From the NCBI GenBank assembly GCA_963803805.1, contig CAWDOD010000007.1:174328-238327 (forward strand): DNA of 64,000 nt. Direction: 5' to 3'. This DNA is from an uncultured cyanobacterium. Its GTDB lineage: Bacteria; Cyanobacteriota; Cyanobacteriia; Cyanobacteriales; CAWCAG01. Below the pieces are notes generated by a model. That model was not told the origin of the DNA and did no database searches. It saw only the letters and a list, made by a program, of their open reading frames with translations. Positions 9,681-18,472 of this stretch are shown here, one piece after another. The first letter of the stretch is position 1. Each line of letters starts with the position of its first letter. The translations under genes were made by a program, and so were the position numbers.

Positions 9681-11069
9681 ATGGCAAAATTAACTAACAA
9701 TCCCGTTTTAATACTAGGTACATTAATACTCACCGCTTGGGAAACTCAGGCAACTTATGCGGTTGGACTTAGTTTAGAAAGCTCTTTTCAGGAGTGGTGT
9801 TTGCAAAAAGATGAACTATCAACAGCAGCAAGGAAGACTGTAGATGCACTACTAGAAGAAGCTGGGACAACTGATTGTGAAGCGGCTAACAACGAATTAT
9901 CTCGCCGTAGCGAACTCTTCCTTAATCTCCAAGAAATCACAGATGTTGCCCCCATAGCGGGACTCATCAATCTAGAGTACCTTTCTTTAGCAGGCAACAA
10001 AATCACTGATGTTACACCTTTAGCCAAACTCACCAACCTCTCATCACTTGACCTAAGCGATAACCAAATTACAGATGCTACTCCTTTAGCGATACTCACG
10101 AATCTTAAGGGTCTTGGCCTCAGCGATAACCAAATTAGTGATCTCAGTTTTTTAATACCACTTACCAAGCTGAGTGGTATTAACCTTGAGCGTAACCAAA
10201 TTAGTGATCTCACTTCTTTGAGTGGACTAATTAATTTAGAGGGGCTTGATTTAAGGGATAATCAAATCTCAGATATTAATTCTTTGAGGGGGCTGACTAA
10301 ACTAGGATTCCTCAACCTCGATAACAACCAAATAACTGATATCACTTCTCTGGGTGGGCTAACTAATTTAGAGATACTTTCCCTGCGCTTCAACGAAATA
10401 ACTGAGATTAATTCTCTGAGCGGACTGAATAATCTAGAGATGCTTTCCCTGGGCTTTAATGAAATAACTGAGATTAATTCTCTGAGCGGACTGACTAATC
10501 TAAAGTCTCTTGACATAGACAAAAATCAAATCGTAGATGTTACTCCTTTAAGAGGACTGAATGATTTAGAGTCCCTTACTCTAAGCGAGCATAAAATCAC
10601 TGGTGTTGTTCCTGATTTGAGTTCTCTAGCGGCACTTCCTAATCTGCGATCGCTTGACCTAACTGGTAGCCAAATTAACGATCTTACTACTCTGTCTGGA
10701 CTCACTAACTTGAAATCTCTTTACCTCTGGGAAAACCAAATCGCTGATGTTACCCCTCTGTCTGGACTCACTAATTTAACAAGCCTTTACCTGGGCAACA
10801 ACCAAATCGCTGATGTTACCCCTCTGTCTAGACTCACTAATTTAAGAATACTTTTCCTGAACAACAACCAAATCACTGATGTTACCCCTCTGTCTGGACT
10901 CACTAACTTAGAATTTCTTTATCTCTACAATAACCAAATCACAACGGTTAGTTCTCTATCACCATTAACTAACTTAACCAAACTCCATCTCAATGAAAAC
11001 CCCCTCCTACAGGAAACTTGCCCAGTAGAGCAATCAGCTTGTACTTTTGGCTCAATCTCAGCAGAATAA
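9681..11069 (+). CDS. Internalin-like leucine-rich repeat protein (paralog of the upstream gene)
   Basis: Same N-cap (LLEEAGTTDCEAAN) and C-cap (QETCPV); more 22-aa LRRs; 66-bp DNA-level repeats near 10730-10910. Confidence 0.9.
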   Translation: MAKLTNNPVLILGTLILTAWETQATYAVGLSLESSFQEWCLQKDELSTAARKTVDALLEEAGTTDCEAANNELSRRSELFLNLQEITDVAPIAGLINLEYLSLAGNKITDVTPLAKLTNLSSLDLSDNQITDATPLAILTNLKGLGLSDNQISDLSFLIPLTKLSGINLERNQISDLTSLSGLINLEGLDLRDNQISDINSLRGLTKLGFLNLDNNQITDITSLGGLTNLEILSLRFNEITEINSLSGLNNLEMLSLGFNEITEINSLSGLTNLKSLDIDKNQIVDVTPLRGLNDLESLTLSEHKITGVVPDLSSLAALPNLRSLDLTGSQINDLTTLSGLTNLKSLYLWENQIADVTPLSGLTNLTSLYLGNNQIADVTPLSRLTNLRILFLNNNQITDVTPLSGLTNLEFLYLYNNQITTVSSLSPLTNLTKLHLNENPLLQETCPVEQSACTFGSISAE

Positions 11070-11133
11070 GCGCAATAGAAAAGAGCATCCCACAGTGATG
11101 CAACCAAGTAAAAATCACACCAGCAATACTAAT

Positions 11134-11286
11134 CCTTCTAAACAACGGTGATAAGGAAAATTCTCCTAAGCAATCAGCGTTTCTTGTTGTCATCACACTA
11201 TCGCTTAATTCAAAGGCCGCATCATGAGCTTTTCCTAGCATTTGATAGGTTTCTTGACGAAACTTTCTCAATCGTTCATATTTCAT
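11134..11286 (-). pseudogene. N-terminal fragment of an IS701-like (DDE_5-type) transposase
   Basis: MKYERLRKFRQETYQMLGKAHDAAFELSDSVMTTRNADCLGEFSLSPLFRR resembles cyanobacterial transposase N-termini; similarity ends abruptly after about 51 codons. Confidence 0.65.
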
Positions 11287-11377
11287 GGTAGGGAGATTTA
11301 TGTATTTAGATTCCTCTGAATCATTTTCTCCCTCTTTTCCCTTTTTTCTCTACTGTTTTCCCTTCTCTTCCTTTTCG

Positions 11378-12616
11378 TTAGTCTAAACTACAGTTATCAG
11401 TAATCCTCTGCATTGCTTCTTCTACATTTTCCCGACTATTAAACGCAGAGATGCGGAAATAACCTTCCCCCGCAGCCCCAAACCCTGAACCAGGAGTCCC
11501 TACTACATAGCAAGTTTGCAACAACTTATCAAAGAAGTCCCAACTAGAAAGTCCTTGGGGAGTTTTGAGCCAAATATAAGGTGCGTGTACACCACCATAA
11601 ACACTAATTCCGGCTGCGGTTAGTTTTTCGCGGATGATTTTGGCATTTTCTAAATAGAAGCTAATCAACTCTTTGATTTGTTGTTGTCCTGCTTCGGAAT
11701 AAACTGCTTCTGCCCCCCTTTGGATAATGTAGGATACGCCATTAAATTTGGTTGCTTGACGGCGATTCCACAGCTTCCATAACTCCACATCAGAACCGTC
11801 AGAGGCTTTGGCAGTTAAACCTTTGGGTACAACAGTAAAGGCACAGCGAGTTCCTGTGAAACCAGCATTTTTAGAAAAAGAACGAAATTCGATCGCACAA
11901 TCCCTTGCCCCGATAATTTCGTATATAGAATGGGGAATTTCTGGATCGGTTATGTAAGCTTCGTAAGCGGCATCAAAAAGAATTAAAGAGTTATTGCTTT
12001 TGGCATAATCTACCCAAGCTTTGAGGTTTTCTTTAGAAGCCACAACTCCTGTGGGATTGTTGGGGAAACAAAGGTAAATTAAATCAACTTTTTGCTTGGG
12101 AATTTCCGCCGTAAAATCATTCTCAGCAGTGATAGGTAAATAAACTAAACCCTCGTATTCCCCCTGCTCGTTAGCAGCACCTGTATGTCCTGCCATGACG
12201 TTAGTATCAACATAAACCGGATAAACAGGGTCTGTAACAGCGATGGTATTATCATTACCGAAGATATCAAGGATGTTGCCTGTATCACACTTAGCACCAT
12301 CAGAAATAAAGATTTCCGAAGCATCAACTTCACAACCCCGCGCCTGGAAGTCAGTGGCAGCAATTTTCTCCCTTAACCAAAGATAGCCTTGTTCTGGGCC
12401 ATACCCTTGAAAAGTTTCGCGATCGCCCATTTCCTGAGTTGCTGCAATGATTGCACTCCGGCAAGCTTCTGGTAAAGGTTCTGTGACATCACCAATACCA
12501 AGTTTAATTAAAGGTGCATCAGGATGAGCTTCAGCAAAGTTGCTAACCCGTCGTCCAATTTCCGGGAAAAGGTAGCCAGCTTTAAGCTTGAGGTAATTAT
12601 CGTTAATAGTTGTCAT
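11378..12616 (-). CDS. dapL: LL-diaminopimelate aminotransferase
   Basis: [47 protein letters not shown]. Confidence 0.97.
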   Translation of the reverse strand: MTTINDNYLKLKAGYLFPEIGRRVSNFAEAHPDAPLIKLGIGDVTEPLPEACRSAIIAATQEMGDRETFQGYGPEQGYLWLREKIAATDFQARGCEVDASEIFISDGAKCDTGNILDIFGNDNTIAVTDPVYPVYVDTNVMAGHTGAANEQGEYEGLVYLPITAENDFTAEIPKQKVDLIYLCFPNNPTGVVASKENLKAWVDYAKSNNSLILFDAAYEAYITDPEIPHSIYEIIGARDCAIEFRSFSKNAGFTGTRCAFTVVPKGLTAKASDGSDVELWKLWNRRQATKFNGVSYIIQRGAEAVYSEAGQQQIKELISFYLENAKIIREKLTAAGISVYGGVHAPYIWLKTPQGLSSWDFFDKLLQTCYVVGTPGSGFGAAGEGYFRISAFNSRENVEEAMQRITDNCSLD

Positions 12617-12886
12617 AATTAATTTCTACACACGCCATAAAACAGCTTATACCATAAGATCTGGTGGTCACGCTTTCCCACTTACCGTAACCTACATTAT
12701 TTGCCAGAAATTGAAAAAATGCCTTTTTCGACGTAAATACCTATGCAAAATGCAAGATTAAGTTTTGTGACAATTGCCTAGAAGTTGCGTAAAACATAGC
12801 AATCTCACCAGAGAACCAGATGAAGGTGAGTAATTCACTTGAATAACCTATGAATAACCTAGAAGTTCTTACATATTCTGGCCAGG

Positions 12887-13525
12887 GTGATGAATGAACT
12901 AGATGAGTCCTTGAAAGAGCTAGCTAAAAAAGCGCAGGGTTATCCTGTAGGGAGCAAAGAGCGCAATCGAGTTTTGCATCAGTTATGGAACAAAATACAG
13001 CAAAATTCCCATAAACTTTGCCGTCCTTTCCGAGGGCAGTTTATCAACTATCAACAAATTTATGTTGAAGCAGTGTATAAGTTGCTAGCTTATGTTTGTC
13101 AAAATATAGATCAGTATGATCCTGACAAAGGAGAACTTTTACAATGGGCAGCTAATCATAAACGTATGAAAGGCTTTTTTGAGAAAGCTTATCGGGAGAT
13201 GAAGCCGATTGGAAATGCTAATTTGCCGAGGAAAACTTTACAAGATTTAGCAGAATTAAAAGAATCTAGTAATAAGCCGGGGAAACTAGCTTCTGAGCAA
13301 ATTATTGCTTATGTAGCTGAAGATCCTGATGGAATATTTAAGAGTAAATCTCTAAATGGCAATGAGGAGGCCAACTTTAAGATGATTTTTACTAAATATC
13401 ATCAAGGCTACTCGTTTCAAGAAATTGCCCAACAATTGCAGGAAAAATATTCCACTGTACATAGTTTTTATCACCGCAACTTGAGTTATTTTGCGGAAAC
13501 AATTAAAGCATATTTAAGTAATTAG
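12887..13525 (+). CDS. Divergent sigma-70 (ECF-like) factor
   Basis: Region-2-like segment (IYVEAVYKLLAYVCQNIDQYDPDKG...W) and C-terminal HTH (GYSFQEIAQQL); directly upstream of DUF1822 as is typical in cyanobacteria. Confidence 0.7.
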   Translation: MMNELDESLKELAKKAQGYPVGSKERNRVLHQLWNKIQQNSHKLCRPFRGQFINYQQIYVEAVYKLLAYVCQNIDQYDPDKGELLQWAANHKRMKGFFEKAYREMKPIGNANLPRKTLQDLAELKESSNKPGKLASEQIIAYVAEDPDGIFKSKSLNGNEEANFKMIFTKYHQGYSFQEIAQQLQEKYSTVHSFYHRNLSYFAETIKAYLSN

Positions 13526-13540
13526 TTAGGAGGTTGAAAA

Positions 13541-14491
13541 ATGCTAAGAGAATCGAATTCTTCTGGTGTAATTATATCTTTAGGTGCAAAAGCACATCAG
13601 CTTGCTGAGGCATTTTCTCAGCAACAAGCTCAAAGTCACAAGACAAAACAAGTTTATCTTAATACTTTAGCAGTTTATGCTGTCAATATTTATCTAGAAG
13701 GGATGGGGATTACTACTGATTTGAAGTCTAGCTATAGCTGGAATGCTGTTATGCAAACTATGGCTAACGTAGCAGATTTAGTAATACCGGAACGAGGTAG
13801 ATTGGAATGTCGTTACTTGTTACCTGACCAAGAATCTTGTTATGTTCCCTCAGAGGTTTGGCTAGAGAGAACTGGTTATGTTGTAGTTAAGCTAGACCAA
13901 GATTTAAGTGAGGCGAGGTTATTAGGTTTTACCATTAAAGTAGAAGAAGAATATTTAGCCCTTACAAACTTATTACCATTAGAAGATTTATTAGATAGAC
14001 TAATTGGAAAACAAGAGAAATTGCAGTCATCTCCTATTCAGCTTAGTAACTGGCTTGATAATCTTTTTACTAAAGGCTGGCAATCTTTACAAGAATACTT
14101 ACAGAGTCAAAATTATGAGCCTGGTTTCAATTTTAGAAGCCCTGCTTTAATCACTTCTAAGCCAAAAACAGGAAAAACCAACTTAGCCGAAGGAATCAAA
14201 TTAATCAAATTTGAAAAAGCAGAGCAACAAGTTGCTTTAGTGGTGGGTGCAGACTTAAAAACTCAGTTAGAATCTACTATTTCAGTTAAGGTTTTTCCTT
14301 TGGGTAGCAGTACTTATCTTCCCCAAGATTTACAATTACTAATTTTAAGTGAAACGGGGGAACCAGTAGTACAAACTAAAGCGAAAGCCACCAAACAAAT
14401 TGAAGTAGAGTTTAGTGGAGAAAAGGGAGAACAATTTAGGGTTAAAGTTGTTTTGGATGATTTTAGTATTACTGAAACATTTTCAATTTAA
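13541..14491 (+). CDS. DUF1822 family protein
   Basis: AH.LAEAFSQQQ...KQVYLNTLAVYAV, ADLVIP..GRLECR, P.EVW..RTGYVVV...A.LLGF; C-terminal FSGEKGEQFRVKV. Confidence 0.88.
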   Translation: MLRESNSSGVIISLGAKAHQLAEAFSQQQAQSHKTKQVYLNTLAVYAVNIYLEGMGITTDLKSSYSWNAVMQTMANVADLVIPERGRLECRYLLPDQESCYVPSEVWLERTGYVVVKLDQDLSEARLLGFTIKVEEEYLALTNLLPLEDLLDRLIGKQEKLQSSPIQLSNWLDNLFTKGWQSLQEYLQSQNYEPGFNFRSPALITSKPKTGKTNLAEGIKLIKFEKAEQQVALVVGADLKTQLESTISVKVFPLGSSTYLPQDLQLLILSETGEPVVQTKAKATKQIEVEFSGEKGEQFRVKVVLDDFSITETFSI

Positions 14492-14524
14492 TTCTAGGTT
14501 GCAAGTATTAGGGTAAAGTGCATT

Positions 14525-16871
14525 ATGGGTAGATTAGTAATTTTAAAGTTAGATGGCAATTTGCATTCAATAGGTTTTCGAGTAACCTTAGAAGTAGAAT
14601 CAAGAAGGTCATCGTTTTGGGGACTTACAAGGAAATTTACCTGCTAATCCAGAATTAGTAGAAAAGTTACAGGAGCATTGGTTAGAAAATTATCGTAAAA
14701 TTGGTTCCCCGGCACGTATTAAAGTTAAGAAAGTTACTTATAGTGGTTCTGTTAATAAGTTGGTTGAAGAGTCAGGTAAACAACTTAAAAAAAGTTTGAA
14801 CCAATGGCTTGCTTCACCGGAATTCAGTGAAATCAACAACTATTTACGCACAGTATTAAGCCCCAGTGAAGTAATTCGTTTCTTAATTCGTACTGATGAT
14901 ACAAATGTTTTGAAACTTCCCTGGGAAGAGTGGCAATTCTTTGTAGATTATCCCAAAGCAGAAGTCGGCTACGGGGGAACTAAGTTTAGTAAACCACAAC
15001 AGGTTGTTACAAAAAAAAAGCCAGCTAAGGTTCGTATCTTGGCAATCTTGGGACATAGTGAAGGTATTAACCTCGAAGCAGATGAACGGCTGTTGCGGAG
15101 TTTGCCAGGGGCTGATGAACCTGTATTTTTAGTACAACCGAAACGTAAAGATATTAATGATAGTTTGTGGGAACAACCTTGGGATATTATATTTTTTGCC
15201 GGACATAGTATTACCGAAAATGACGAGGGAAAGATTTATCTTAATGATGAGGAAAGTTTAACCATTGATGAATTGTGGCACGCTTTAAGAAAAGCAGTCA
15301 ACAATGGCTTAAAATTAGCTATATTCAACTCCTGCGACGGTTTAGGCTTAGCTAAACGCCTAGATGACATTAACATTCCGCAAATGATTGTTATGCGGGA
15401 GTTAGTACCAGACAAAGTTGCCCAACAATTTCTTAAATACTTCCTCAGCGCCTTTTCTGGTGGCAAACCCTTTTATTTAGCAGCAAGGGAAGCGAGGGAA
15501 CAGTTGCATTGGTTAGAAGAGGAGTTTCCTTGTGCTACTTGGTTGCCAGTGATTTTTCAAAATGTCGGTGAAGCCGCTTTGACTTGGGAAGAGTTAAAGG
15601 GAGCTAAGAAGCCTAAATCAGCTTTGCAGGATCTTTCTTGGCGACGGGGTTTGCAAATGGTATTGCTAACCAGTTTGGTGGTTACTAGTTGTGTGGTGGG
15701 GTTGCGATCGCAGTCTGTTTTTAAGCCATTGGAGTTGAAAGCGTTTGATCACCTGATGCAGCAAAGGAAAGATCAAGGGTCTGATCCTCGTATTTTAGTT
15801 GTAGAAATAACGGATGCAGATCAAAGGCTTCCGGAACAAAAAGGTAAAAAGCAAGGTTCCTCTATTTCTGACTTTGCACTAGAGAAACTTTTAGACAAGC
15901 TAGAATCATATCAACCACGAGTAATAGGTTTAACGCTATTTCGCGATCCTCCTGACTACGCACCAGAATTACCAGAACTTAAAGAACGTTTTCAAAAAAG
16001 CAAAGTCCTTTACGGAATTTGCAATGTAGATGAATTAGGAGATGGAGAAAGAGGATTTTTGCCTCCTCCAACCTTACCAGAAAAGCGTCTAGGTTTTACT
16101 AATGGTATAGGTGATGACGACAATGTAATCCGCCGCTCTATCCTGTTTATGGATACACCTGCAACGTCAGTTTGCCCAACATCTTTTTCTATTACCCTTA
16201 AGCTAGTAGAAGCATATTTGGAACAAGAAAGTATTCCGCATCCAGTAATTAAGCTGCCGAAACACTCTAACGATAGTTTGTATATAGGCAATGTGCTAAT
16301 TCCTAATTTACGCTACAATCCAGGAATTTATGGAAATAGCGATGATGATAATTGGGGATATAAATCAATTATTAATTATCGGTCTTATCGTTCTGTTTTG
16401 GAAATAGCAGACAAAGTTAGCTTAGAAGATATTTTAAGAGACAAAGTTATCTCGTCAAAAATAAAAAACAAGATAATTTTGATCGGTTCAAATAAGAGCT
16501 TACCTGATAACAAACACCAGACCCCTTATAACCAGAAAATACCTGGTGTAATTCTTCAAGCACAAATGGTTAGTCAGCTTCTCAGTAGGGTTCTTGATGA
16601 CCGACCTCTAATTGTTTTCTGGCCTCCCTGGCTGAATTTTATCTGGATTGCTGCTTGGTCTTTTTTAGGAGGTATTTTAACCTGGTGTTTACGTTCCCAG
16701 TTTAATTTGTTAGTAGCAGTAATTATATCTTTAGCTTCTTTATATGGGGCTTGTTTGTATTTATTAACTCAAGGTTTTTGGATTCCCTTAATTCCTTCAG
16801 TTTTGACTTTATTTGGTACTGCTGCTGTAGTGCTTTCAATCATCAATTTGAAAAAATCTCGTTCAATATGA
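14525..16871 (+). pseudogene. CHAT (caspase-like) + CHASE2 membrane protein with a +1 frameshift near 14602 (real or assembly indel)
   Basis: MGRLVILKLDGNL...LEVES from ATG 14525 joins EGHRFGDLQGNLPANPEL... (frame of ORF 14760) if one A of TCAAGAAGG is removed. CHAT His/Cys motifs FFAGHS and FNSCDG; CHASE2 ELKAFDHLMQ...ILVVEITD; three C-terminal TM helices. Confidence 0.85.
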
Positions 16872-17623
16872 TATTCAACAATTTGTTTGGCAAGTTTTTA
16901 AGCTTTCATTTAGTAGTTACCTTTCTACTAATCAACACAAATATTGTAGAAGCAAGAGTGTTAAAACCTCAATTAACTAAACCTTCCTATGAATTGAATT
17001 GGTGGGAACATTTTCTTCTTACTGAGGATACAGGACAAGGAACATCAAAAGGACATCCTATAAATACAGGTACTCGTACTCCTTGTGATTATAAACGATA
17101 TCTAGAACCTTTAGTACTAATAGAACCACACTCTAAGACAACCGAATGGCGTTGGGGTTTCACTCGCAATGAATACCCGACTTTTTGGGCTTACATTCCT
17201 TATCAAGCAGACATGATCAAGAAGATCACCTTTTCTTTGCGGGATGAACAAGAGAACATCATCTATGAAACAAACCTAAACAAACCAGAAACCACAGGCA
17301 TCATTAGCTTCACTCTGCCTAACACTGCAAAGCTACTTCCTAAAGGAGAATGGTATAAATGGTATTTATTTGTCGAAGCCAGTTGTAAACCTCAACAAAC
17401 TGCTGAAATGTATGAAACTAGTGCTTGGATACAAAGAAGCGATGACCCTCAAATTCCCGAAACTGAGTTTGTTTACGATCGCCTGACAGACATCGCTAAC
17501 CTTGCAGAAAGTCCCCAGAAGCCACAGCAATGGCAAACATTACTTGAATCACTAGGGTTAGACGAATATACTAACGAACCAATTATTGTAGACTGCTGTC
17601 AACCACTAGAGGAACAAGAGTGA
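16868..17623 (+). CDS. DUF928 domain protein
   Basis: ATG overlaps the upstream stop (ATGA); signal-like N-terminus; PTFWAYIPY, FSLRDE, GIISFTLP, WYKWY, W..LLESLGL. Confidence 0.85.
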   Translation: MIFNNLFGKFLSFHLVVTFLLINTNIVEARVLKPQLTKPSYELNWWEHFLLTEDTGQGTSKGHPINTGTRTPCDYKRYLEPLVLIEPHSKTTEWRWGFTRNEYPTFWAYIPYQADMIKKITFSLRDEQENIIYETNLNKPETTGIISFTLPNTAKLLPKGEWYKWYLFVEASCKPQQTAEMYETSAWIQRSDDPQIPETEFVYDRLTDIANLAESPQKPQQWQTLLESLGLDEYTNEPIIVDCCQPLEEQE

Positions 17624-17667
17624 CAAACAGATTGGGTTGTATTGACACCATTTTCATACATCCGCCT

Positions 17668-18366
17668 CTAAAGCGTATCAGGGTCAATGCCTAAGTCTCG
17701 AAGCTTGTCTAGGGCTTTATTCAGTTTAGCTCTAGCTTGCTCTTCTTGTAAACGAGCCTGATCCCGCTCTACTCGCGCCTGATCCCGCTCCAGCAAACTT
17801 ACTTCGGGTTCAGTAAATGTCTCACCATTGGGATAAAATACAGACAATCCATCCTCAAATAGTTCAAACCGAATCTGCAAAAGGGGCGATGTCCAAGGCA
17901 AATACAATGCAGTAACCAAAGTATAAACATCATTATTCTGTTGGCGTACAAAGCCCCAGAAATCCTTACGCTGAATGTCGTAGTAATAGGCTTCTAAAAC
18001 CCCATATTCTTCATAGAATTTCTGTTTTTCTGCCATTTCCCGACGAGTGTTGCTGGGGGAAAGAATCTCAAACACAACTTGGGGGGCAATCTGTTCTTCC
18101 TGCCATTGTTTATAGCTACCTCGATATCCTTGGGAACGACCTAAAACCACCATCACATCTGGCGCTTGGCATGGGGCAGGGGGTTCTTCCACTTCCACAG
18201 GATACCACAGCAAATCTCCTGCAACAAAGGCCACTTCATCTTTTAGTAAATGTTTGAGATTAGTAACTAGACGGACAATCCATTCATACTGTTCTGTGTT
18301 GTCGGCCATAGGTTTACCGTCAGAATCAGGGTATAGTGTTAAAGGAGAACGAGGAGTTTGAACCAT
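17668..18366 (-). CDS. Uma2 (DUF820) family putative endonuclease
   Basis: YPDSDGKPMADNT, APDVMVVLGR, PQVVFEILSPSNT, FYEEYGVLE. ATG at 18366 preferred over the longer ORF start. Confidence 0.9.
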   Translation of the reverse strand: MVQTPRSPLTLYPDSDGKPMADNTEQYEWIVRLVTNLKHLLKDEVAFVAGDLLWYPVEVEEPPAPCQAPDVMVVLGRSQGYRGSYKQWQEEQIAPQVVFEILSPSNTRREMAEKQKFYEEYGVLEAYYYDIQRKDFWGFVRQQNNDVYTLVTALYLPWTSPLLQIRFELFEDGLSVFYPNGETFTEPEVSLLERDQARVERDQARLQEEQARAKLNKALDKLRDLGIDPDTL

Positions 18367-18472
18367 GAGTCCTTGCAGACGACTGTTGATCGAGGGCAGT
18401 TTAGGTAAAGTTAGTTTATTATAACCCAGTGTTTGGTGGGTATGACACCCTTTCAAGAATAATGGTTGATTA

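Noticed and set aside
8649-10522. Long minus-strand ORFs opposite the LRR genes
   Set aside because: Antisense frames kept open by the repetitive LRR codon pattern; no RBS or recognisable domain.
16751-16867. Longer upstream start of the DUF928 ORF (and similarly extended starts at 35832 and 18456)
   Set aside because: The extensions overlap neighbouring genes or lack family similarity; internal ATGs give better gene models.
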